DNA of 64,000 nucleotides from Cetorhinus maximus (lineage: Eukaryota): positions 33,976,001 through 34,040,000 of the forward strand of contig NC_135901.1 in assembly GCF_964194155.1 (NCBI RefSeq), given 5' to 3'. Shown piece by piece: positions 51,420-62,929 of this stretch. A model generated the notes under the pieces. The model was not told the DNA's origin, made no database searches, and saw only the letters and a program-made list of their open reading frames with translations. Both the position numbers and the translations under genes were made by a program. How positions within the stretch are numbered: the first letter of the stretch is position 1; every line of letters starts with the position of its first letter.

Positions 51420-51483
51420 GTTTCTGCAGTGCAGTGGTTATTACATTTGCTTAACATGTGAAAAATTCGAAACGGGGCAGAAC
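51420..51483 (+). pseudogene. tRNA-Val(AAC) pseudogene (duplicate)
   Basis: Paralog of 41678-41741. Confidence 0.68.
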
Positions 51484-53354
51484 TATTATCAAAATATGTG
51501 GATTCACATATGTTGAAGACAGCATCTTGCAGCTATGTGGCCTGGTCACTGTTTATCCCTTAACCAAAAATACATGATCTGCTCATTGTGACATCCCTGG
51601 TTTTGGGTGTTTCTTGAGCAGTGATTGGCTGCTGTGTCCCCTGCATTACAACAACAACTCCACTTCAGAAAATACTTCAATAAAAGCAAAATACTGCAGA
51701 TCCTGGAAATCTGGAATAAAAACAGAAAATGCTGGAAAAACTCAGCAGGTCTGACAGCATCTGTGGAGAGAGAAACCTGCTGAGTTTTTCCAGCATTTTC
51801 TGTTTTATTTCAAAAAGTACTTTGCGGCTGGAAAGCACTTTGAGACGTCCACTGGTCAGGAAAAGCGCTACATAAATGCAAGTCCGTCTTTCTTTAATTA
51901 TTTTAAATCCCAGTCCTCTGCTTACTGACCCTCATCAGTGGAAACAGTTTCTCCCAATCTGCTCTATCAAACTGCTCGTCCCCACAGACTCCTTTGAACA
52001 GCTCCATGAAATCTCTGTTCAACCTTCTTTGCTCTAAAGAGAACAATCCCGGTCTCTATCATCTCTCCACAAAACTGAGGGTTGAGACAAAGCTTTGGAA
52101 AATATTGCCAGTTTGTAGATTGGAAAATGGACAAGGAACCGAAACAGAAAACCCAGTCTTACGGCTTTCTGAGTCTTTAGAAACTCTGTGGGAACCAGAT
52201 TCCCCAAATGCTTAAGACTCTGTTGTTAACCAGTGAGTTCCCACAAAAGTAGCCTTTTTTAAATTAATTTTCATTTCAAATATAAGGATAAAATAATTAG
52301 ACCTACCATGTATCTACATCGAGCTTATTAGAAGTCTATGAAGTCATTGGATTCAAACAAACCCATCAATTATTCTTTCTTCCTCAGCTCCACAGTGAGT
52401 GAGACAGGGAAAAGCTGAAAAACAACAATATTCTGGACGCCCACTCCCCTGCCAGCAGGAGGCACTGACTGCAGCTTCAACCAGCGGCTTGCTGCTCAAC
52501 TCTGGGATGTAAAATACTCCAACCTGGGCCAAGCCTCCCGATACACCAAGCACAGACTCGGGTAAATGCCAGTAGAATAGCTCCCGGTCACTAAACCTCC
52601 GAGCAGCATTCACACAATACCAGAGTGAGTGAGTCACAAGCAAGAGGAACACCCACTTTATAAATCTTTTCACTGGATGTGTTCATTTCATCTTAAGTTG
52701 TGCTGATGGGAAAATAGCTGAAATAGAGTTTGGTGAATAACAGCCTTGAACCATGTTCCTCTCTCCCACTGCAGTACTGATCCTTCCAATCTACAAGCTT
52801 ACGGGGGCGATGATGAGTTTGATACTCCCATTTGCCCGTATTCACGTTATAAGATATATCTAGGAGCCCTGGAGAAGGTGCAAGAAATATTTGCTGGAAT
52901 AATGCCAGAACTGAAAAGTTATAATATCCAAGAAAGATTGAACAGGTTAAAAAAAGTTTGATGAGGGATGACCTGATCAAAGTTTTTAATATTACGAAAG
53001 GGTTTAGAAGATTTTTCCACTTGTGCATAGACAAGAATCAATATAGGTTAGTCACCAACGAATCCAATGTCCAATTCAGAAGCAACCAGCTTCTTTAACC
53101 AGCGATAAAAACAGAAAATGATGGCAATGCTCAGCGTATTTAGGAATCTCTGTGGATTGAGAAACAGAGTTAGGTTTTCAGGTCTGTGCATGGATTCAGT
53201 ACAGTTCTGCTGAAAAGTCACAGACGTAAAATTAAAATTATGTTTCTCTCTCCAAAAACGCTACCAGACCTGTTTCGAATTCCAAAATGTTTTGTTTTTA
53301 TTCCAGATTTACAGCATTGCTTTTCTCTTTTCTTTGGATGAGAATGTAAAATGC

Positions 53355-53720
53355 ATTGCCAGAAGGATTAGAGATCCAAGTCCGAGCTGGACATCCCTGG
53401 GTAAAGTCACATTGTGAAAACGTCATTCATCAGCTGAATGTGGAAATGGATTCACTCGATCATCTGATTAGTTGACACAGCAGCAGTCACGTCTGATGGA
53501 GGAAATTTAGGTGCTTCATTTGTGCGAAGGCATTTACTCAGTTTGGAGTTGTTAACCCTGTTAACAATCCAGCTTTAGAAGTTCAAACGATTTAATTCAC
53601 AATAGGCACATTCTTACTGACAAGACGGAGTTCAAATGTTCGGAGCATGGAAGGAAAAAATAATTTCTTCACACGCCTGCTAAGACTCCAGTGAATTTAC
53701 AACTAGCTGTAGGGGTTTGT
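53355..53720 (+). pseudogene. ancient decayed ZNF exon relic (paralog of 44205-44560)
   Basis: Near-identical to 44205-44560. Confidence 0.65.
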
Positions 53721-53914
53721 TCTGTTGTTAGCTACACCCAACACAGAACAATAGTGGAGACTCATACACTAATTTTATATCTTCACCCTATGGCAACAAT
53801 CATCATCGAATGATAAAACATAACTTTACATGCAAGAACATCGCCTTCCAATGGCGGACCTCTCACCCAGCATTCAGAGCGGGACAGAAGGCGTCCTTTC
53901 CATTGTACCAAGGC

Positions 53915-54240
53915 CTTAAGCATGCGCATAGCGTGACTTAATTGGCACATGCGCATTGTAGTCCCCTGCCTGAGCATGCGCAGTGCTGTCCTGTGACCGG
54001 AGCCGCAGACAGCAGGTGGGAAAATGGCGGCTGTAGCAGAATAACGGAGTTAGTTGGCATGTGGGAGGATTGGGGCCAGCGGAGTGGGCAGGGAGGCTTC
54101 ATAAACACTCGGTGCAAGCCGTAGGTCCTTAATAAGAAACTAGCGGCCCGCGTTTGCACCGAACAGACCGGCAATGGCTGGATCTCTCCCTCTGATCGGC
54201 CTTAGGGGAGCGGCTGTGTAGCAGGGCGCATGCGCGATTT
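53915..54240 (+). promoter_or_regulatory. CpG-island promoter of the 57.4 kb ZNF
   Basis: Paralog of 44740-45075 with the same NRF1/YY1 motifs. Confidence 0.72.
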
Positions 54241-54281
54241 TCCTGGTCCAGGTGGCAGGAGGAGAGAATGTTGTGAATTTC

Positions 54282-54765
54282 GAGGATAAACGCGAAATGC
54301 TGCGGATGCTGGAAATCTAGAACAAAAACAAAAATAATATATAATTTTTTTACAAATATACTTTTCATTTCCCTCCTATTTTTAAATTTATTTCGATCTA
54401 TTGTTTCATCTCCACCTTTTAGCCCATTTCGATCCCTTCCCCCCACCCCCACTAGGGCCTTCTGCCACTTGCTCGTCCTGCTTTCTACCCTTAATGTCCC
54501 TGTTAGCACATCCTTTAGATAATATCACCACCGTCAACACCTCTTTGTGCTTTTGTCTGTGACATCTTTGGCAGTCTCTTGGCCTCCACTGGCCCCCTAT
54601 CGAGCTCTACCTGTCCCACCCACCCCCCTCTACTAGCTTATATTTCACCTCATTTCTATATGTCTTTGTTCTGATGAAAGGTCATACGGACTCGAAACAT
54701 CAACTGTATCCCTGTCCGCAGAAGCTGTCAGACCTGCTGAGTTTTTCCAGGTATTTTTGTTTTTG
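54282..54765 (+). mobile_element. Penelope-like remnant at the same site as 45119, mostly in the opposite orientation
   Basis: 54336-54765 is the reverse complement of 45158-45600. Imperfect TSD ttgtgaatttc / ttgttaatttc. Confidence 0.8.
54668..54704 (+). ncRNA. minimal hammerhead ribozyme motif (variant GAAACATC)
   Basis: gttCTGATGAaaggtcatacggactcGAAAcatcaac. Confidence 0.6.
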
Positions 54766-57356
54766 TTGTTAATTTCTACCCTGGACTGACACGGATGGAT
54801 TTTGGAAACTCCCTTTACAGGGGGTTAGAAGGGGAGGATTTACACACAGCAAACTCAAACCAAGAGAAATGTTTGTCTCTTCTCAATTCCTATCCTGGAC
54901 TGACAGTGATGGAATTTTTCATAATCTTTTTACAGGATCTTAAATGGGAAGGATTTGCAGACGGAGAAAACTCAAATAAAACATCACATCAAGATCTGAC
55001 AGAGTCACTCGATTCATCGGAGCCAGGATATAATCGGCCTCTGAACATCAGTATTGAGTTCCAGGTCATTATCACTTGCTGTGTAAAATTTCTCCCTCAC
55101 ATCCACCCTGTAGATCTTGCCCCAAATCTTAAATCTGTGTCCTGTAATCCTTTTACAATCAGATAATGTGAACAGCTTTTCTTTTAACTACCTTATCCAA
55201 ACCTATCATAATCTTGTGCACCTCTATCAACTCTCCCCTCAATCTCCTTTGCTCCAAGGTGAACAACCACAGTTTCTCCAGCCTAACCATACAACCAAAA
55301 TCCCTCATCCATCAATACATTCTGTTAAATCTCCTCTGCACCCTCTCAAGGACCCTCACATCCTTCATACTGTGTGGTGATCACTGGTTTGCACGGACCC
55401 ACATTATCTGTCAGTGTCTGTGACATCATCACACATCGACAATTACACGGTGATATCATCACACATCGACAATGATACGGTGACATCACCCCGCTCCTCG
55501 GGTATTTCCTCAACTGGGAGATTTTTCTCTGACTCCAGTGCTTCTGATATCTTTCCAGCTGCAGGTTCCAGCAGGAGAGTTTAAAATTGACAACTGAAAT
55601 TGTTTCAGAATTGAGCATGTTTGACCATTCACCTACAATTTGGAACTTTTAGTGCTGTGCTCTGTTATCTATGAGAGGTTCCATGTCTCTGGGGCTGTTG
55701 TGGCTCCTTTAATGTGGATCTGATTCCATGTCCATCCATTGCTCTGTTTCACCTCTGCCCCTCCCTGATCACCTCTCTGCCATTGCCTAACTTCCTCTGT
55801 CTCTAATAATGAGTGCATTTTAACTCTGTTTAGGATTTTATTGTTCCTTCTGCCAACTGTGTCTAAATGAGGTTTCCTCCGCTGCCCACCCCCTGACCAT
55901 GTGCTGCTGGCTCATCAGCTTTATCTTCCCACAGTATCTTTCACAATTGCTTTTCCTGCGCTATAGTCCATTTCTCTTCCATGTTGGCACCTACGTTGAC
56001 CATCAAATTCTGCCCACCCTGAAATGGTAATTAATTAATTCTGTTGTGAAATACAACGTACCAATGTGTTTCACAGGAGTGTTAGAAAGCAACATTTGAC
56101 ACTGAGCCACCTGAAGAGATATCAGGGCAGATGAACAAAGGTTTACTAAACGGTTTTAAGGAGTATCTTAAAGGAGGAAAGTGAGGCGGAGAGGTTTAGG
56201 GAGGATATTCCAGAGCTTGTGGCCTTGGCAGCTGAAGGGGGAGACACCAAAGGTGGAGCAGTTAAAATCAGGAATGCTGAGGAGGTTCCAATTAGAGAAG
56301 TGTAGATATCTCAGAGGGTTGTGAGGCTGGAGGAGATTACAGAGGCAAGGAGGGAGAGACCACGGAGGGATTTGAAAACGAGAATGAGAAAATTAAAATT
56401 GAGGTTCTCCTTAACCCAGAGCCTTTGTAAGTCAGTGAGCACAGGGGTGATGGGTGAATAAGACTTGGGGCGAGTAAGCAGAGTTTTGGATTACAGGGAG
56501 GCTGGATATGGGAGGCTGGCCGGGGTGGAGGGGTGTTAGGATAGTTAAGTCTAGAGGGAACAAAGGAATGGATGACAGGTTGAGCAGTTACATAAAAGGA
56601 TATATGGAGTTTGGGGAAAGAGAATTTGATTGAATTGAATGGTGGAGCAGGCTCGACGGGCTGAATGGCCTACTCCTGCTCCTGTGTCCCTATGAATGTC
56701 TGGTTCAGTCATAGATAGTTGTCAGGGAGAGGGATGGAGCCGGTGGTCAGGGAGTGGAGTTTGTAGCAGGGACTGAAGACAATGGCTTCGGTCTTCTTGA
56801 TATTAAAATGGAGGAAATTTATGTTCATCCAGACAATTCAGGATGGTGTGTGACTAGGAGGGGATCTTGGAGGTGATGGTGTTCACGTACACCTGCTACC
56901 CTGGTCCTTTAGGTCGTGGAGGTTGAGGTTTCTGGAGATTTTTTTCAAAGTTCATGTCGTATTGCAGATATCCCTTCACCCTCTGCCCCTCCCACCTCTC
57001 TCTCCCTCTCCAGCCTTGTAAGCCAGAGTCTTGTGTAGGCCCAGAGCAGGTGGCAGGTTCCTTTCCCTGAAGGACGCGAGTGAACCAGCTGAATTGTTTT
57101 GACAATCTGGCAGCTTCCATAGCCACTTTTAGCTAGTGCTGGCCCCACAAAATTAGCAGATTCATTCAACTCAATTTCACAACCTGCCTTTGTGTTTTTG
57201 TGGGTCCTCTCTCACTCCATTTTCTCTTCTTTAAATCAGTTTCACAGGGGATTGGAAAGGGAGGATTTGCTGTGGGGAAACTGAAACCAAACATCACATC
57301 AGGATCTGACGGAGTCGCCCAATTTACTGTAACCTGAATATCATCGGATTTTGAAC

Positions 57357-58478
57357 ATGGAAGGAAAAGGCACCGTTTACAGTGGGGAGAAACTGTGGAA
57401 ATGTGGGGACTGTGGGAGGGGATTCAGATCCCCGTCTGATCTGGAAACTCATCGACGCTGTCACACTGGGGAGAGACCATTCACCTGCTCCCAGTGTGGG
57501 AAGGGATTCAGTCAGTCATCCAACCTGCAGATACACCAGCGAGTTCACACTGATAAGAGGCCGTTTAAATGCCCGGACTGTGGGAAGTGTTTTAAAAGTT
57601 CTGGTGCACTGATGACCCATCAGCGTGTGCACACTGACGAGAGACCATTCAGGTGCTCTCACTGTGGGACTGGGTTTAGGCGATCATCTCACCTCACTGG
57701 ACACCAGCGAATTCACACTGAGGAGAGGCCATTCACCTGCTCCGAATGTGGGAAGGGCTTCACTACCTCATCCAACCTGCTGATACACCAGCGGGTTCAC
57801 ACTGACAAGAGACCTTTCAAATGCCCAGACTGTGGGAAGTGCTATAAAAGTTCTGGGGAACTGATGTCACATCAACGAGTTCACACTGACGAAAGACCGT
57901 TCAAGTGCTCTCACTGTGGGACTGGGTTCAGGTGGTCATCTCAACTCACTGCACACCAGCGAATTCACACTGGGGAGAGACCGTTCACCTGCTCCGGCTG
58001 TGGGAAGGGATTCACTCAGTCATCCCACCTGCAGTCACACCAGCGACTTCACACTGGGGAGAGGCTGTTCACCTGCTCCGAGTGTGGGAAGGGATTCACT
58101 CAGTCATCCCACCTGCTGAGACACCAGCGGGTTCACACTGGGGAGAGGCCGTTCACCTGCTCCGAGTGTGGGAAGGGATTCACTCAGTCATCCCACCTGC
58201 TGTCACACCAGCGACTTCACAGTGGCGAGAGGCTGTTCACCTGTTCTGGGTGTGGGAAGGGATTCACTCAGTCATCCTACCTGCTGAGACACCAGCGACT
58301 TCACACTGGGGAGAGTTCGTTCACCTGCTCCGAGTGTGGGAAGGGATTCACTCAGTCATCCCACCTGCTGACACACCAGCGAGTTCACACTGGAGAGAGG
58401 CCATTCACCTGCTCCAGGTGTGAGAAGGGATTCACTCAGTTATCCCATCTGCTGAGACACCAGCGCGTTCACAAGTAA
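57357..58478 (+). CDS. C2H2 zinc-finger protein, 13 fingers, intact; tandem paralog of 45924-46877
   Basis: ORF 57351..58478 with ATG at 57357. Near-identical to the 45.9 kb gene but 56 aa (2 fingers) longer. AATAAA at ~58604. Confidence 0.9.
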   Translation: MEGKGTVYSGEKLWKCGDCGRGFRSPSDLETHRRCHTGERPFTCSQCGKGFSQSSNLQIHQRVHTDKRPFKCPDCGKCFKSSGALMTHQRVHTDERPFRCSHCGTGFRRSSHLTGHQRIHTEERPFTCSECGKGFTTSSNLLIHQRVHTDKRPFKCPDCGKCYKSSGELMSHQRVHTDERPFKCSHCGTGFRWSSQLTAHQRIHTGERPFTCSGCGKGFTQSSHLQSHQRLHTGERLFTCSECGKGFTQSSHLLRHQRVHTGERPFTCSECGKGFTQSSHLLSHQRLHSGERLFTCSGCGKGFTQSSYLLRHQRLHTGESSFTCSECGKGFTQSSHLLTHQRVHTGERPFTCSRCEKGFTQLSHLLRHQRVHK

Positions 58479-58831
58479 CTACTGTGATTGGATGTTGTTG
58501 TGAAATCACATCCAGGACTGAACCATGTTCATTGAGGTCTCTTTCTGCTGATGTTAATAAACTCCAGGTCAGTTTTAGGGGTTGATATTGTGGATAAAAG
58601 TCAAATAAATCAGCTTTGTGTTAAAGTCACCGTGTGTCAAGTCTTTTTAATCTCTCGAACACAAGTTAGCTCATTTTAAAGGGCTCTCTCTCTCCCCTCT
58701 CTCCTCCATCCTCACCTCCAATAACAAGTGTGAGGATCTCATGGAGCTTGTCACTAAGATTGAGACAATGCGATCAGCTGCTTCTGCTGCTTCCCTCCCT
58801 TCTGCTATCCCACCAGGACAAACTGTCCCTA

Positions 58832-59712
58832 AAGTGATGATTGCACAATGTTCAGCACCATTTGTCACTCTTCAGATACTGAAATAGTCCATGTCCAAAT
58901 GCAGCAAGACCTGTACAATAACCAAGCTTGGGCTGACAAGTGGCAAGTAACATTCGCGCCACACAAGTGCCAGGCAATGACCATCTCCAACAAGAGAGAA
59001 TCCAACCATTGCCCCTTGACGTTCAGTAGCATTACCATCACTGAATCCCCCACCAACAACATCCTGGGGGTTACCATTGACCAGAAACTGAACTGGACTA
59101 GCCATATAAATACTGTGACTATAAGAGCAGGTCAGAGGCTAGGAATCCTGCGGCGAGTAACCCACCTCCTGACTCCCTAAATCCTGTCCACAAGGCAAAA
59201 GTCAGGAGTGTGATGGAATACTCCCCAATTGCCTGGAGGAGTGCAGCTCCCACGATACTCAAGAAGCTTGACACCATTCAGGACAAAGCAGCCCCGCTTG
59301 ATTGGCACCACATTCACTCCCTCCACCACCAACGCACAGTAGCAGCAGTGTGTACCATCTACAAGATGCACTGCAGGAATTCACCAAGGCTCCTTAGACA
59401 GCACCGTCTAAACCCAAGACCACTCCCATCTAGGAGAACAAGGGAAGCAGATATATGGGAACACCACCATTTGTAAGTTCCCCTCCAGATCACTCACCAT
59501 CCTGACTTGGAAATATATCGCTGTTCCTTAGCTTTTGCTGGGTCAAAATCCTGGAATCCCCTTCCTGACAGCACTGTGGGTGTACCTACACCACATGGAC
59601 TGCAGCGATTCAAGAAGGCAGCTCACCACCTCCTTCTCAAGGGCGACAAGGGATGGGCAACAAATGCTGGCCCGGCCAGCGAAGCCCACATCCCGGGAAT
59701 GAATGATAAAGA
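58832..59712 (+). mobile_element. CR1/L2-superfamily LINE 3' end
   Basis: Same family as 47235, extending to the 3' end ...ccagcgaagcccacatcccgggaatgaatg. Confidence 0.8.
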
Positions 59713-61107
59713 AAAAGAGTGAAGATGTTATTGTCCACAACCAAAGCTCATAGTGATAAAATATCTGATAATTCCAATTAAAATTCAAAGTATAGAACAA
59801 CAGAAGTGTCATTCTGCTACAGGTTTATGAATAAAGATTGACTATCAATCATTAGATCATGAGAGACTGGAACAGGAGTAGGCCAGTCGGCGCAGTGAAC
59901 CTGCTTCACCATTCTGTAAGGACATGGCTGATCTTATCGAGGCCTTAACTCCATTTTCCTGCCTGTCCCCATAATCCATAACTCCCTTATCCATCAAAAA
60001 TCTATGTAACCCAGTCCTGAATATATTCAATGACCAAGCCTCCACTGCGCCCTGGGAAGAGAATTCCAAAGACTGACAACCTTCTGAGAAAACAAATTCC
60101 TCATCACCTCCATGTGAAATGCATGGCCCCTTAAACCGTGCTCTCTTGTTCTGGGTTCCCTCAAGAGAATAACATGCTCTCAGCATCTACCCTGCCACAT
60201 CTCTTTCAAACTCTTCTAGGTTTCAATACACTCACCTTTCATTCTTCTAAACTCCCTCAGTGTAAGCTCAAACCTTCCTCAAAAGAGAACAGCTCCATCC
60301 AAGGAATCAAATGAACAATGAGCAGGAGTAGGACATTCAACCCCTCTCCAGCACAATAGCTAAATCCAGCTATCCACTGTAACTCTAACGTACCTTTTTT
60401 TCCCTTTAATCTCCTTTCTATTATTCTCACACCCCTTCGAAAATCAAACCTTTCCAAATTTAAGATCTCTCATTTTTCCATCCTGTCTTAACTTTTGGGT
60501 CAATAAAATGTCATATCCCCACTACTCGTTTGCCTATGAACTCCTGCAAGATGCAAACTTTTTTTTGTCACCTCTGACTCCCCTTTGATATTCAAACAAC
60601 CTCCCAACCTATCTAAGAAGGCACATGTTCGACCTAACCTATTCAGTTGTACATCAAACTTAACACCTATCCTCTGATCGGAGTCAGACAACCTGACTCC
60701 TATCAAACTCCTGTCCAGCTTAATTAAATCACACACACACGCAGACATCCAGACTTCTTCAAAGAATAGCACAATATACCCCAAATATTACAAATAATAA
60801 CAGCCATTATCACAACCCATTACAGAAAAATCCACCTTATTCCCTTGTGTTCAGCTCCTTTGACGTCATGGGACTGAGTAAATTCAGCGAGATGTTTTCC
60901 CGTCATTTAGCATGGGAATTGGAATCAGGTCTGGGAGATATTTGTGAAAGTATCAACGGTAAAATCTCCCCTATTACCACCCATATTTTGCCTCGCACCA
61001 CCATTTCTATCATCAGTACTTTGCAGCCTATCACTGCCCTTCTCTTTCTGCCTCTGACTCCAGGATCAGTTCATTGTAACACTTCCCACAGCAACAAGAA
61101 AACAACG

Positions 61108-61170
61108 TTCCCTGATGAGGACCAAACCCGGGCAGCAGGAGTGGGAGCACCGAATAACAGCTTGTTTAGT
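61108..61170 (-). pseudogene. tRNA-Glu-like relic
   Basis: ttccctgatgaggaccaaacccgggcagcaggagtgggagcaccgaat. Confidence 0.52.
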
Positions 61171-61542
61171 TCAAACGCAGAAGACTTGTTCAGCCAGTAA
61201 CAGCACCGAGTGTGTCAGACATGAACATGAAGCGAACAGTGGGGTGAAATAGGTCAGGGAATTAAAACTAAAATATTGCTCTGGTGCGATTTGTCAACAT
61301 GAATCTGCATTCCTTCTTGATTGACAGCAGAGAAACGCATTGCAGCTTTGCCAGAATCAGTCCAGTCATCGTTCATCCTTTCGCTTCAGAGCTGGAAATG
61401 TCAGACGAGCAATTGGTCTGGAACTAATACAGAGGCGAAGTGAATGAAAGGATAAAAGAAGAGGCGGCCAGTGATAGGCTGCAAGGCCTGAGACATGAAC
61501 TGACTACAGAGATGTTGGTGCAAGACTCAATGTGGGGGCTAT

Positions 61543-62040
61543 CACAGAATCACACAGTACAGAAGAGGCCCTTCAGCCCATCGAGTCTACACCGGCACAT
61601 GAGAGACACCTGACCTACCTACCTAATCCCATTTACCAGCACTTGGCCCATAGCCTTGAATGTTATGAGGTGCCAAGTGCTCATCCAGGTACTTTTTAAA
61701 GGATGTGAGGCAACCCGCCTCCACCACCCTCCCAGGCAGTGCATTCCAGACCATCACCACCCTCTGGGTAAAAAGGTTTTCCCTCACATCCCCCCTAAAC
61801 CTCCTGCCCCTCACCTTGAACTTGTGTCCCCTCGTGACTGACCCTTCAACTAAAGGGAACAGCTGCTCCCTATCCACCCTGTCCATGCCTCTCATAATCT
61901 TGTACACCTCAATCAGGTTGCCCCTCAGTCTTCTCTGCTCCAACAAAAACAACCCAAGTCTACCCAACCTCTCTTCATAACTTAAATGTTTCATCCCAGG
62001 CAACATCCTGGTGAATCTTCTCTGCACCCCCTCCAGTGCA
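61543..62040 (-). mobile_element. CR1 3' fragment
   Basis: ORF 61623..62045 is a CR1 RT C-terminus. Confidence 0.88.
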
Positions 62041-62564
62041 AACACATCCTTATGGTAATGGAACTGGTTTTACTGCCGACTGTTTAAAGTGGCACAAATA
62101 TCACTCCGGATCAACCCACCACAACTGCTCTTTGACAGCAGCACTCCAGGCCGAAAGGCCTTATATAATTTCTATAATTTTATATTACCCAGCACCACGG
62201 ATGCTCTTTCCCAGTCATTCTGCCATTTTATAACCCATTCTATCGAAATGTACTTTGTTACCTTGTGTCCTGTCCTTCTGAAGTTAAGACCCGGAGTGAA
62301 TTCAGTGAGAAGTTTTCTTGTCATTTCCGGCAGGAGATTTGGAACCAGACCAGTTGAATGACAGTTTAAATGGTGCCGACCCTTCACTGCAGCTCATTGT
62401 GTTTTTGAGTGGAGATGATTTCTGCTTGTTACAAAGTGCAGGATGACCTGATTAACTGATGGAACTGGCTCCAGGTTCCCAGTGGTCAATTCCTGCTCCT
62501 TTGACTTTGTTCTATTTTGGTGGCAATACCAGTGAAGGAGATGATTAAAAAGCTTTAGCACTGT

Positions 62565-62646
62565 GGTAGCATGGCTGAGAGGTCTAAGGTGCTGGATTAA
62601 GGTTCCAGTCTCTATGGAGGTGGGGGTTTGAATCCCACCACTACCA
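62565..62646 (+). tRNA. tRNA-Leu(AAG) pseudogene (CpG-decayed)
   Basis: ggtagcatggctgagaggtctaaggtgctggattAAGgttccagtctctatggaggtgggggtttgaatcccaccactacca is colinear with vertebrate Leu-AAG. Differences are mostly CpG>TpG/CpA. B-box GTTCGA>GTTTGA. Confidence 0.85.
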
Positions 62647-62929
62647 AACTTTCAGATAACCCCCACCCTTGCTTTCTGGGTGTTTGCCTCTCCTTAGGCC
62701 TCTGTCACTCTTGGTGTATATGTCTCTGTGTGTGTCAGTGTAGCGCTTGTCCCCAAGGGGTGAACACATTTTTAACCATTGTAAACTTAATCCACTTTTA
62801 TTATGTATCTTCATGGTAAATGGTACAGAGAATAACAACAGGTTTAAATGTTGCAAGAGGAGATTGACCCTCCCTAGGTTTTTATTGAGTGGACACTGCT
62901 TATTGACTCAGTGCCTGTAGGTTACACAG

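Larger units (their letters stand above)
50090..59430 (+). repeat. segmental duplication unit B
   Basis: Matches unit A. Has extra 54777-57077 and lacks 42460-43070. Confidence 0.92.

Noticed and set aside
57905-58423. Alternative-frame repeat ORFs inside ZNF exons (e.g. [11 protein letters not shown])
   Set aside because: Shadow frames of the 84-bp finger repeat.
60440-60850. Possible coding or viral relic (ORF 60500..60784)
   Set aside because: No recognisable motif by eye; cannot be supported without a search.
62565-62646. Functional tRNA-Leu gene
   Set aside because: The B-box C is mutated (GTTTGA) and there are multiple CpG transitions in the stems, so it is called a pseudogene.
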